Positions 10,420 through 23,080 of a stretch of DNA of 54,073 nucleotides are shown here, piece by piece. This DNA is from Octopus sinensis. Lineage: Eukaryota. The stretch lies in NCBI RefSeq assembly GCF_006345805.1, contig NW_021833797.1:1-54073 (forward strand), in the 5' to 3' direction. A program made the translations under genes and the position numbers. Each line of letters opens with the position of its first letter. Position 1 is the first letter of the stretch. The notes beneath the pieces were generated by a model. The model saw only the letters and a program-made list of their open reading frames with translations, was not told where the DNA came from and did not search any database.

Positions 10420-12037
10420 TTACAACGAAAGGTGCCTCAGGAAATGCTGTGTGGTAATTTTTCACACTTTATTTCCAGCCGGGATCAATAAAATAAAGTA
10501 CCAGTCAATTACTGAGGTTGATGTCCTTGACTGACAACCATTCCCTCAAAATCCCTAGCCTTGTACATTAAATTGTCAGAAAAACTGTTTTGTGATATTT
10601 GTTCCAGCTCTTTGTGTCCTTTGTTCATATCCCGCCGAGGTCAATTTTTACCTTTAATCTTATCAGGGTCGATAAAATAAAGTACTAGTAAAGTACTAAG
10701 GTCTATGTATTCGACATGCCTCTTCCCTCAAAATTACTGGCCCTACGCCAAAAACTAGAAAAAAATTATTATTTTCTGCTGACAAAGGAAATATGGTTTA
10801 CAAGTCGAAGCGAAAGGGTTTTAATACTAGAAAAAGAGTTTTCACCCATGGTACTAGCATGCAAATAACGCCAAAATTTAGTCTCTTCTTATAGAGGGTG
10901 ACAAAAAACATAAAAATAAGGTTTGTGTTTTACTCTTATAGAAAATTTTAATTTTTCCTCTCAATGTCAGTGACAAAAAAATACGGCTATAAACATTTCA
11001 ACCACGCCTCCAAAAGAAAAGCGAAAATAATTTTAAAAATATATTTCACACACAGGAAACAAATAGATAAAAGAATTATAATCAAATTACCACTCAAAAT
11101 ATTATTAATATACACAGACATGAAGAAAACACAATCATTTTATTTCAATATTTCAACCGAGTATAGATCGTGTCATCGTCTACAACAATAAAACTACGCT
11201 TGCACGTGTTGCTCCGGGTGCAAGCACGAACAACGATAAAGTATCTTTTGCTAGTATTTTGTCCAACAGGAAAACTCTAATAGAATTTTTTTTTTTTTTT
11301 TTTTGAAAGAAATATTTTGTAAACATTTTGTGCGCTGAAGTTAGGCCAGATTTCCACAATCAGCTCAAGAGGCCCGTGAGAGAAGTACAGTAACGTACCT
11401 CTATCTACTAAAAGATCCAACGCGTTTTCTGATATTTTAGGTAAAATATTCTTCACTCAGAAAGGTACCATGTGTATCGTGGAGGAGGATACGAAAGCCC
11501 AAGCGCAAATGGTACACGAGACACCAACCCTTACTGGTTTCACAGTATTTGAGAAGGAGGAATATAAGGGTCACCGTCAAGGACGTTAGTGATGATTGTC
11601 GACCCCCTTAGCTTATATTCACCGTCGTGAGAGAATGTGGGCAGACGGTAAGGACAAATGGAAAAACTTTGACGATACGCAGTTGGTTGAGATCACCATG
11701 GACATACAGCTTTTCATGATTCTGCAACACCACAAAACAAACCCAAAGTGGGCACATTCTGCAGTGAGAACAGAGAGAATATTTTAAATATCAGTATCCT
11801 AGGTAGTCAATGTCAAGTTCTTCATGTGAAAATGTTGTCATAAAGTCTGTCTCTTCAGACGTTTTTCAAACACAGTTCAGCACAGCTTGCTCAAGAACTC
11901 GCTCTAGTCTATTCTCTTCAACGATATATATATGTACAAGGCGGCGAGCTGGCAGAAAGTTAGCGCGCCGTGCGAAATGCTTAGCGGTATTTCGTCTGTC
12001 GTTACGTTCTGAGTTCAAATTCCGCCGAGGTCGACTT
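10420..12037 (+). repeat. Left arm of ~1.6-kb inverted duplication
   Basis: Reverse complement of 15143-17100. Mirror ORFs (10964-11191/15995-16222; 11596-11787/15336-15584). SINE variant gcgcgccgtgcgaaatg is shared by both arms. Confidence 0.92.
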
Positions 12038-12094
12038 ACACACACACACCCACAACACACACACATATATATATATATATATATGTAACTGACC

Positions 12095-12680
12095 AAGGTG
12101 GCAAGATTGCAGAAATGTTAGCACGCCGGGTGAAATGCGTAGCCGTATTTCGCCTGCCGTTACGTTCTGAGTTTAAATTCCGCAGAGGTTGGCTTTGCCT
12201 TTCATCCTTTCGTGGTCGATAAATTAAGCACCAGTTACGCACTGGGGTCGATATAATCGACTTAATCCGTATGTCTGCCCTTGTTTGTCCCCTCTATGTT
12301 TAGCCCCTTGTGGGTAGTAAAAAATAGGTATTTCGTCTGCTGTTACGTTCTGAGTTCAAATTCCGCCGAGGCCGAATTTGCATTTCATCCTTTTGGGGTC
12401 GATTAAATAAGTACCAGTTACGCATTGGGGTCGATTTAATCGACTTAATCCGTATGTCTGCCCTTGTTTGTTCTCTCTGTGTTTAGCCCCTTGTGGGTAG
12501 TAAAGAAATAGGTATTTCATCTGTCTTTACATTCTGAGTTCAAATTCTGCCGAGGTCGACTTTGCCTATCATCCTTTCGGGATCGATAAAGTAAGTACTA
12601 GTGAAAGACTGGAGTTGATGTAATTAACTAGTCCCCTCCCACCAAATTTGAGGCCTAGTGTCTCCAGTAGAAAGGTTATA
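12095..12680 (+). mobile_element. SINE family B trimer (head + i + i + ii)
   Basis: Junctions aaataggtatttc at ~12322 and ~12506. Confidence 0.85.
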
Positions 12681-13339
12681 TATAACTAACCAATTGAGTG
12701 GTAGGAACCACATAAGGTTTAAAAAAAAGAAGGGATTTTTGCTCTTAATTTGAGACGGGGGGGGGGGAATTGATACGGACTTCGCAGTGAAACGCATTCA
12801 TCCATTTACCGTTAGATATAGAGATCGAAATTCGTCAATGGAGTGGTTTCACTTTTCTTCTCGTTGAAAATGGTACAGATAATATCAAGTATCATTTCAC
12901 ACTCACTACCTTTGTACAAGAAACAACTTCCTTCTCTCTTTCTCTCTCTCCCTCTTTCTCTTTATCTCGCCCTCTTCCTCTCTCCTTTGTCTTTCCTTTC
13001 TGTCATGTCTATATAGCTATTCATAGTTAGTTAGATATAGGCATCCAGCCAAAATATAGTCAATTCTTTCACCATATTGCTTAAATAAGCGACATCAAAG
13101 CTCATTTTTCTTTCGCTAGTTGAAAAAAAAAAATAAATGAATAAACTATAAAAAAAAAATGAATAAATAAAAATAAACATAAAGAAATAAAAAAAGAAAA
13201 AAAAAGGAATAATCATGATTAGGGTTTATAATGATTTAGATTGGCAAGAAGCCACAAACCTGTTGGAGAAGAGCAAAGTCAACCGAATCGATCCCATTAG
13301 ATTACTGATACATACACAGGCATTCATCATGTTGCAGAA

Positions 13340-13960
13340 ATACTTGCTTCGTGATACGATTTACGTAGCGCGAAACCTATTCTTCATTGACTTCTGTATT
13401 TCATGGGATTCCATGAACACAGAAGTCAGTGGAAAATACGTTTTGTGATACGCATATCTATGTTACAATAGAAGCTTTAGAAACGCAACATTTCCGTAAT
13501 GCGGCATATTTCCGTAGCACGAAACCTAGTCTTCATTGACTTCCGTATTTAATGGAATTCAATGAACACAGAAGTCAGTGGGAAATACGTTTTGTGATAC
13601 GAATATATACGTTACAATAGAAGTTTTAGAAACGCAACGTTTCCGTAATGCGACATATATCCGTAGCACGAAACCTAGTCTTCATTGACTTCCTTATTTA
13701 ATGGAATTCAATGAACACGGAAGTCAATGGGAAATACGTTTTATGATACGAATATATGTTACAGTAGAAGTTTTAGAAATGCAACGTTTCCGTAATGCGG
13801 CGTATTTCCGTAACACGAAATCTAGTCTTCAGTGACTTCCGTATTTAATGGGATTGAATGAACACAGAAATCAATGGGAAATACGTTTTGTGATACGAAT
13901 ATATACGTTACGGTAGAAGTTTTAGAAATGCAATGTTTCCCGTAACGCGGTGTATTTCTA
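13340..13960. repeat. Minisatellite, ~149-bp unit x ~4.2, each unit containing a long hairpin
   Basis: GATACG anchors at 13353, 13447, 13596, 13745, 13892 (periods 94, 149, 149, 147). Confidence 0.9.
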
Positions 13961-14216
13961 CATTTTATATAAAACACATGGAAATAATGAACGGGAAAGT
14001 TAACCCTCGGTTGGATTTTCACGCAGGAAATAATGTATCCAGTTCAAGTGATTCAATGATTTTGCTACCCGCCTCCACCCCAGTGGAGCTTAATGTAATT
14101 GTAATTTTTTTCTCTATCTGGAGATGTGGATCAAACCAGCCTCCGAGCATTTAACTGGGCCACCTGTTTAAAGCCCCAAGACGCTGTTGGACGGGATAAC
14201 CTTACTTATTCAGGTA

Positions 14217-14570
14217 GTGGAGGCGCAATGGCCCAGTGGTTAGGGCAGCGGACTCGCGGTCATAGGATCGCGGTTTCGATTCCCAGACCAGGCGTTGTGA
14301 GTGTTTATTGAGCGAAAACACCTAAAGCTCCACGAGGCTCCGGCAGGGGATGGTGGTGATCCCTGCTGTACTCTTTCACCACAACTTTCTCTCACTCTTA
14401 CTTCCTGTTCCTGTTGTACCTGTATTTCAAAGGGCCAGCCTTGTCACTCTCTGTGTCACGCTGAATATCCCCGAGAACTACGTTAAGGGTACACGTGTCT
14501 GTGGAGTGCTCAGCCACTTACACGTTAATTTCACGGAACCCTCATCGTCGTAACCGACGGAGTGCTTCCA
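14217..14570 (+). mobile_element. SINE family C
   Basis: Matches 3669-4052 with a short internal deletion near the tail. Confidence 0.85.
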
Positions 14571-15142
14571 TCCCACTTATTCAGGTATCGAGCTACAGGC
14601 CTACCAACTTTTCGTCGTTGGTTTTTTTTTTGCTTCTGTCATCGCGTCGTAGTTCCTTAGAACGGTACAGGTCACTTCGATGTGTTCGGTGTCCGATGTG
14701 TTTGGTGTCATGTTGATGATCCTGTCATCGACATAGACAAGATCGAATCAGGATCGACAACAAAAAGCTTGTCATTTGCTGATGTTACAAAAAAAGGTTC
14801 AGTCCATCGAACAAAAAAATAACAAAAAACAAAACACCCCCACCAAAGAAAAGCAAACAAAAACAAAAGCGAAAGAGAAACAAAAAAAAAAAATCAGCAT
14901 TTGGGACAAGCTAAGAAACGCATCAACAGACTGGTAGAAAAATTAGTCCTGATACCACCGCAGCTCCTGCATCAAACAGACAACTAGACAGTGATACATA
15001 CATATATATCTATTTCTTTACTACCCACAAGGGGCTAAATATAGAGGGGACAAACAAGGATAGACAAAGGGATTAATTCGATTACAACGACTCCAGTGCG
15101 AAACTGGTACTTTACTTATCGACCCCGAAAGGATGAAAGGCA

Positions 15143-17100
15143 AAGTCAACCTCGGCGGAATTTGAACTCAGAACGTAACGACAGACGAAATACCGCTAAG
15201 CATTTCGCACGGCGCGCTAACGTTTCTGCCAGCTCGCCGCCTTGTACATATATATATATCGTTGAAGAGAATAGACTAGAGCGAGTTTCCTCTGAGCAAG
15301 CTGAACTGTTTGAAAAACGTCTGAAGAGACAGACTTTATGACAACATTTTCACATGAAGAACTTGACATTGACTACCTAGGATGCTGATATTTAAAATAT
15401 TTCTCTCTGTTCTCACTGAAGAATGCGCCCACTTCTGGTTCGTTTTGTGGTGTTGCAGGATCATGGAAAGCTGTATGTCCATGGTGATCTCAACCAACTG
15501 CGTATCGTCAAAGTTTTTCCATTTGTCCTTACCGTCTGCCCACATTCTCTCACGACGGTGAATATAAGCTAAGGGGGTCGACAATCATCACTAACGTCCT
15601 TGACGGTGACCCTTATATTCCTCCTTCTCAAATACTGTGAAACCAGTAAGGGTTGGTGTCTCGTGTACCATTTGCGCTTGGGCTTTCGTAACCTCCTCCA
15701 CGATAAACATGGTACCAAATACCCTCCCTTTCTGAGTGAAGAATATATCACCTAAAATATCAGAAAACGCGTTGGATCTTTTAGTAGATAGAGGTACGTT
15801 ACTGTACTTCTCTCACGGGCCTCTTGAGCTGATTGTGGAAATCTGGCCTAACTTCAGCGCACAAAATGTTTACAAAATATTTCTTTCAGAAAAAAAAAAA
15901 TTCTATTAGAGTTTTCCTGTTGGACAAAATACTAGCAAAAGATACTTTATCGTTGTTCGTGCTTGCACCCGGAGCAACACGTGCAAGCGTAGTTTTATTG
16001 TTGTAGACGATGACACGATCTATACTCGGTTGAAATATTGAAATAAAATGATTGTGTTTTCTTCATGTCTGTGTATATTAATACTATTTTGAGTGGTAAT
16101 TTGATTATAATTCTTTTATCTATTTGTTTCCTGTGTGTGAAATATATTTTTAAAATTATTTTCGCTTTTCTTTTGGAGGCGTGGTTGAAATGTTTATAGC
16201 CGTATTTTTTTGGCACTGACATTGAGAGGAAAAATTAAAATTTTGTCTAAGATTAAAACACAAACATTATATTTGATTTTTGTCACCCTCTATAAGAGGA
16301 GACTGTGGAGTGACATGGCCTAGTGGTTAGAGCAGCGGACTCGCGGTCGAGGGATCGCGGGTTCGAATCTCAGACCGGGCGATGTGTGTGTTTACGAGCG
16401 AAACACCTAAGTTCCATGCGGCTCCGACAGAAGGTAATGGCGAACTTCTGCTGACTCTTTCGCCACAACTTTCTCTCATTATTTCCTCCTGCATCTTGTA
16501 GCTCACCTGCGACGGACTGGCGTCCCATCCAGGTGGGGAACTTATACACCAAGGAAACCGAGAAACTGGCCCTTATGAGCCAGGCATGGCTCGAGAAGGA
16601 ACAAATAACAAACAATAAGAGGAGACTTAACTGTGGCGTTATTTGCATGCTAGTATCATTGGTAAAATCTATTTTTCTAGTATTAAAACCCTTTCGCTTC
16701 GACTTCCTTTGTCAGCAGAAAATAATAATATTTTTCTAATTTTGGCGCAGAGCCAGTAATTTTGAGGGAAGAAGCAAGTCAAATACATAGACCTCAGTAC
16801 TTTAGTAGTACTTTATTTTACCGACCCTGATAAGATTAAAGGCAAAAATTGACCTCGGCGGGACTTGAACAAAGGACACAAAGAGCTGGAACAAATATCA
16901 CAAAACAGTTTTTCTGACAATTTAATGTACAAGGCTAGGGATTTTGAGGGAATGGTTGTCAGTCAATGGCATCGACCTCAGTAATTGACTGGTACCTTAT
17001 ATTATTGATCCTGGATAGATGACAGGTAAAATTAACCCAAGCTGGAAATAAAGTGTGAAAAATTACCACACAGCATTTCCTGATTCTCCTCTCGTTGTAA
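15143..17100 (-). repeat. Right arm of inverted duplication (with later SINE insertion)
   Basis: Mirror of 10420-12037 plus a SINE at 16305-16614 that the left arm lacks. Confidence 0.92.
16305..16614 (+). mobile_element. SINE family C' with 13-bp target-site duplication
   Basis: ATAAGAGGAGACT at 16292-16304 and 16615-16627. Single empty-site copy in the left arm (~10880-10892, rc ATAAGAAGAGACT). Confidence 0.93.
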
Positions 17101-17102
17101 TA

Positions 17103-17140
<38 letters not shown>

Positions 17141-17141
<1 letters not shown>

Positions 17142-17348
17142 TCTTTCTATTACTGGCATGAGGCCTGAAATTTTGGGGGAGGGAGAAAATCGACCCCTGT
17201 ACTTGACTGGTACGTAATTTATCGACCCCCAAAAGGATGAAAAACAAAGCCGACCTCGATGGGATTTGAACGTGGAACGTAACGACGGACGAAATGCAGT
17301 TCAGCATTTTGCCCAGTATGCTTAATGGTTCTGCAAGCTCACCGCCTT
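17141..17348 (-). mobile_element. SINE family B (tail ii) between TAA tracts
   Basis: Family head and core on the minus strand. Confidence 0.8.
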
Positions 17349-17383
<35 letters not shown>

Positions 17384-17459
17384 CAGGCAGTGGTTCTCAT
17401 AGCTTCTGATCTTAACTGATTGGAAGTGTTATCATGTACATTGTTTCGTCTTGGTATAA

Positions 17460-18336
17460 GGGGACCAGTCGATTAGATTGACCCAGTACACAACTGGTAT
17501 TTAATTTATCGATCCCGAAAAGATGAAAGTCAAAGTCAACCTCGGTGGGATTTGAACTCAGAACGAAATACCTATTTCTTTACTACCCACAAGGGGCTAA
17601 ACATAGAGAGGACAAACAAGGACAGACAAACGGATTAAGTCGATTATACCGACTCCAGTGCGTAACTGGTACTTATTTAATCGACCCCGAAAGGATGAAA
17701 GGCAAAGTTGACCTCGGCGAAATTTGAACTCAGAACGTAGCGGCAGACGAAATACCTATTTCTTTATTACCCACAAGGGGCTAAACATAGAGGGGACAGA
17801 CATTGGTATTAAGTCGATTATATCGACCCCAGTGCGTAACTGGTACTTATTTAATCGGCTCCGAAAGGATGAAAGGCAAAGTCGACCTCGGCGAAATTTG
17901 AACTCAGAACGTAACGGCAGACGAAATACCTATTTCTTTACTACCCACAAGGGGCTAAACACAGAGAGAACAAACAAGGGCAGACAAACGGATTAAGTCG
18001 ATTACATCGACCTCAGTGCCTAACAGGTACTTAATTTATCGACCCCTAAAGGATGAAAGGCAAAGTCGACCTCGGCGGAATTTAAACTCAAAACGTAGCG
18101 GCAGACGAAATACCTATTTCTTTATTACCCACAAGGGGCTAAACATAGAGGGGACAGACATTGGTATTAAGTCGATTATATCGACCCCAGTGCGTAACTG
18201 GTACTTATTTAATCGGCTCCGAAAGGATGAAGGGCAAAGTCGACCTCGGCGGAATTTGAACTCAGAACGTAGCAGCAGACGAAATACGGTTGCGCATTTC
18301 GCCCGGCGTGCTAACGCTTGTGCTAGCTCGCCGCCT
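17460..18336 (-). mobile_element. SINE family B pentamer / higher-order tandem array
   Basis: One head (18336-18285); body boundaries at 17564, 17748, 17922, 18106, 18280. Confidence 0.9.
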
Positions 18337-19350
18337 TTGTACACAATATATATTAATAATGAAATGTATGAATGAATAAAAATAATAGATAAATACTAAA
18401 TAAATAATAAATTCTCAATTTGTTTTGTTTATATAATTAAACTGATATTCTTGGTTCTTCTCTCCCATAATTGGATTACGTCGTTAACGATTCTTTAAAA
18501 ATGTAACGTGTTTTCTTTCCACGAAGCGTTATCTATCTGTCTATCTATCTATCTATCTATATTCCTGTTGTGTGAATTCATTATTAAAACAAAATCATGA
18601 ACAATAACAATACCAACAACAAAACGATGTCTGGACTGTTAGTTTTTGGGGGATGTTGTATTGAATCAGCTAAAAAAAAAACATGTATATATAAAGAAAA
18701 TTAAGTAATAAAATAATATGAGAAAATTAATTAGCTATCGGTTTAATTTTTACTGCTTTCCGGTATTTAAACATCCGGTTATTTATTGTGTGTAGTTTGA
18801 CTTAATATTTAAATATCCTGGACATTTTGTTCTTTTTCATGGTTCGAGATTTAAATATCCGGAGCTGCACGCAGTCAACTACACAGCTGAAAAAATGCAT
18901 TGTGGGAAAGGAGGCTCCACAATGCTTCAGCAACCACGAAGGAGAATTTGAAGCGTTTCAAAACCTAAAGTGTTAGCTATGCCCCGAAACCAAAGAGGAG
19001 AGGGTCTGCCTGATCGCTTAACATGCTAGAAAGAGCAGCCAAATTTCTCTACAATAATACCGTATTGGTTTAAAAAGAGTAAAGAAATATTGAATAATAT
19101 ATTTTTAGATATACCATGTCTGACAATCAGTTATGAATGAAGTGCTTTCGACAATGGCTCTGTTTGAACGGGTTTGATCTGCGTTTAAATAACAACTACC
19201 GCAAAACATTGCTTTCATATCTGGAGTAAGCCTCGCTGTCATTCGATTACCGACAGACAGGGATCAAGTAAGTGATCAAGTAAGTTATTTCTTTATTATC
19301 AATTATCAATCAATAAATTATCATCAAGACTTGCGCCATTAGAAATACTT

Positions 19351-19541
19351 TTTACTTACTCTTTTACTTGTTTCAGTCATTTGACTGTGGCCATGCTGGA
19401 GCACTGCCTTCAGTCGAGCAAATCGACCCCAGGACTTATTCTTTGGAAGCCTAGTACTTATTCTATCGGTCTCTTTTGCCGAACCGCTAAGTTACGGGGA
19501 TGCAAACACACCAGCATCGGTTGTCAAGCAATGTTGGGAGA

Positions 19542-19589
<48 letters not shown>

Positions 19590-19996
19590 TAGATATATAC
19601 GACGGGCTTCTTTTAGTTTCCGTCTACCAAATCCACTCACAAGGCTTTAGTCGGCCCGAGGCTATAGAAGACACTTGCCCAAGATGCCATGCAGTGGGAC
19701 TGAACCCGGACCCATGTTGTTGGTAAGCAAGCTACTTACCACACAGCCACTCCTACGCCTTCTAATTTCCCTATCAAATCATCCATCATTGTTTTGTATC
19801 TTTTTCAGTCATTGGAGTGTGACCACGTGATCAAACAAACCGATCCCAGTATTTATTTTTTTAAAAATCTGGTACTTATTCCATCCATCAGTTTTTGACG
19901 AAACGCTATGTTACGTGGCAAAGACTGTAACAAACCAACCCAAGTTGTCAAGCGGGTGGTGGGGAACAAATATAGGCACAACGACACGCACACACA

Positions 19997-20034
<38 letters not shown>

Positions 20035-20198
20035 TATATACAACGGGCTTCTTTCAGTTTCTGCGAACCATATTCATTCACAGGGCTTTACTCTGCTTGG
20101 GGCTATGGTACAAGAATATTGCCTAAGGTGCTACACAGTGGGACTGAACCCGGGTCAGTGTTGTTGAGAAGCAAGCTTCTTACTACACAACCACGCGT
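19351..20198 (-). mobile_element. Two SINE family A copies (19351-19760; older 19810-20198)
   Basis: Family A sequence on the minus strand. Confidence 0.82.
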
Positions 20199-20528
20199 AT
20201 ATAATTCAAACTGAATCTCGTGATACGAGTTCCATGTGACTTCGATCTTCATATAATGTCACCTGGATAAGAGTCAGCAGTTCCTGTAGTCAGGGTTTTA
20301 AGTCAAGTGCGGCTTTCACAACAACACGATGACTCTCAGTAGCAAAATCATGAAGCTCGGACACAAGCAAAGTGCAAAATATCCAGCTTATTAGAGCAGC
20401 GGATTTTATATACGTGTTGGCTTACCTTTTGACGGATGCCTTGACAAAAAACAGGGGTCCCTCGTTCCCAGTGAGCTTACTGCGCCCTCGGATGTCACCC
20501 CAAATATTTCTACGTCGCGGTGCATATA

Positions 20529-21384
20529 CAAGGTGTGTTTAAAAAGTATCTGACTTTATTATTTTCCCCACAAAAACTACTGCCGCGTGGGCAAAATCCT
20601 TTGTGTAGGAGGTGACACCACCCTTCATGTGCATGTGGTAGGCCGCACTTTTAGGCCGCGTTAGTTTCCAGGTTCTTACGCCTCGCGTACAGACATATAG
20701 TCCGCGCTCGTCAGATTTTCGTTTCTACATGCAAGAAAACCGAACACATCGAGGAGAGACCATAAACTCATGTCTCATTACCAGTGATGATGGACTTCAT
20801 GAAGTGTAGGTCGTGGTTTTCACAGTCCAGCATGTCCAACATCTTACGGAAGAATTTTGCCGACGCTCACCGTATGCACAAAATGGAATGCACTGATCTT
20901 GTGCTTGTTCCCGCTTCTGAAGAACTTCCTAGATTTTTACACAACGGTCTTCCATGACTATTCGCCGAACCTTCTCAGTCGGCTCCTCGTTTCGATTTGT
21001 GGATGGCCTGCATGAGCGTGCTTCGCTTTCCACTGAAGTGTGGTTAGGTTGTACCAATCCTTAATCGGTCGTACCACTCCTTAATCTGAGTTTTGCCCAT
21101 GACATCTTCGTCAAAGGCCTACTGAATCTTCTAGATCTTTTTGAACTTAAGTATCACCAAGCTTTTGGTAAAACATGATGTAATATCTCTGCTCGATGTG
21201 TTCGCAGAAGACGAAAATCCGACGAGCACGTACTACGTGTCTTGTACTTTAAGCATAACACTCGGGTATTGATGCAGTCTATCAGGCGCGAAATTTTCAC
21301 GCATGCGCAGTGAGAACACAGTAACTTCTCATCCAACGGGTTCCGTCCACGCAGGATTAGTTTTGATGGAAAAAGTAAAGGCGG
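20529..21384. mobile_element. Rearranged mariner remnant with two 5' ends in inverted orientation
   Basis: Starts TA-CAAGGTGTGTTTAAAAAGTATCTGAC. Minus strand ~21230-20750 encodes a degenerate transposase N-terminus (EQRY..FYQKLGD, GKTQIKEWY, TSVESEARS.RPST, SIITGNET). The plus-strand 5' leader is repeated at 20700-20752. Confidence 0.75.
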
Positions 21385-21459
21385 TCAATGTAATCGACTT
21401 AATCCCTTTGTCTGCCCTTGTTTGTCCCCTCTGTGTTTAGCCCCTTGTGGGTAGTAAAG

Positions 21460-21499
<40 letters not shown>

Positions 21500-21767
21500 G
21501 ACGGGTTACCTAAACCGCATTTTTTGGAAACGGACTTCGTACTCTTGCAGCCATGCTTGCTCCAACAGAATGAGATATGAAGAAAGAGAGGGAGGGAGAG
21601 AGAGAGAGGGAGAGAGAAAGAGAGAGTGAGGTGGTTGCGGTATTGTTTGTGATGTGGGGAACAAATACACGACATAATGCCGAGACATAGCGACATGACG
21701 TCCAGACTCTCCGAAAACAATTTCCACACGGTTAACAATTAATTGTGAACAACGAATTCATGTAAAA

Positions 21768-21825
<58 letters not shown>

Positions 21826-22751
21826 CCCCTTCCAAAAGCTTTCTAAATATTTATTTAAAAAAAAATGTCAAATTTTTACTCAGACATTTTGTTGTTTTCT
21901 CAGAGGAAATCGTATTTACGTTCTTTTTTTTTTTCATTTTTAGTTTTCACGAATTTTAGAAATTTTAGAAAATAAAAAATAAAATAAAAAACTTAGTAAA
22001 AAAAGTACTTATTATTACACTGAAAATTATTTTCGTAATTAATCATAAACCAGAAAAAAATGCGTTACACTAATAACTATGCTTTTAACTCTCACTCTTT
22101 TCGTTTCCCCCTCTCTATCTCTCATTCAGATTCTCTCCCTTTTATTTTCACTCTTCTATCGAATACATTTGACATTGAAATCCAATACTAAGTGAAAAGT
22201 GGTATCTTTTTGTCATTGAGGTTTATATCTTCCCCAGAGTACGACAATTTATGGTGGTGTTTTTCTTTAATATTTATTTAATTTCTTTATTTATTGCTTT
22301 ATAATAATTATTTGTCCGTTCTTCCCTATTCGATATCGTTATCCTCCGCCTCTTCGTGTGTGTGAGTGTGTATATATATATATATATGTATATATGTGTG
22401 TATATATGTATGTGTATATATATGTATATGTGTGTGTGTGTGTGTATTTGTGTGCTGGCCAGGTATGACAAATAAAAAAAAAATTATATCTCATCCACCA
22501 CTGATCTAATTCACAAACAGAACTTGTTTTAATGGTTAACTTTTCAACGGGAGCTCCGCTCACAAGAAACGCAACCCCCCACACACATACACACACATAC
22601 ATGCATATACATATAGATGTATGTATGTATATATATATTATATATATATATGTGTGTGTGTGTATGAGGGTGCATGTATGTTGTATGTATGTATGTATGT
22701 ATGTATGTTTATGTATGTATGTATGTATGTATGTGTATGTATATATATATA

Positions 22752-22800
<49 letters not shown>

Positions 22801-23044
22801 GCTAATGTATCCATAATGGGTTTGGTCAGAGTCACAGTTTCGGTTTTTCCTATCGAAGTAATTTTTAGTACATTTCTACCATTTATTCCACTGGGAAAAT
22901 AATGGACGCCAGCATCATCCCTTACTCTCCGCCTCATCACCCCATCATCCCATCGAATTCATACAGCATTAACGCTTAGTATTGTAAAGATAGGCTCACC
23001 TTGGACCAACTTCGATTCCTAGTCATCATCATCATCATCGTCAC

Positions 23045-23080
<36 letters not shown>

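Noticed and set aside
11596-11787. Duplicated 63-92 aa ORFs in the inverted arms as a gene pair
   Set aside because: No recognisable domain or splice structure; stops differ between arms; probably an old TE fragment.
13340-13960. CRISPR-like array (regular palindromic repeats)
   Set aside because: Whole units repeat with no unique spacers; no cas genes; eukaryotic context.
15410-15485. CTGAAGA...GAAA matches here and at ~35347, 38890, 38932
   Set aside because: Stems I-III do not pair; chance core words.
17724-18375. Repeating peptide ORFs (RPRRNLNSER, FTTHKGLN) at many loci
   Set aside because: Antisense translations of SINE family B.
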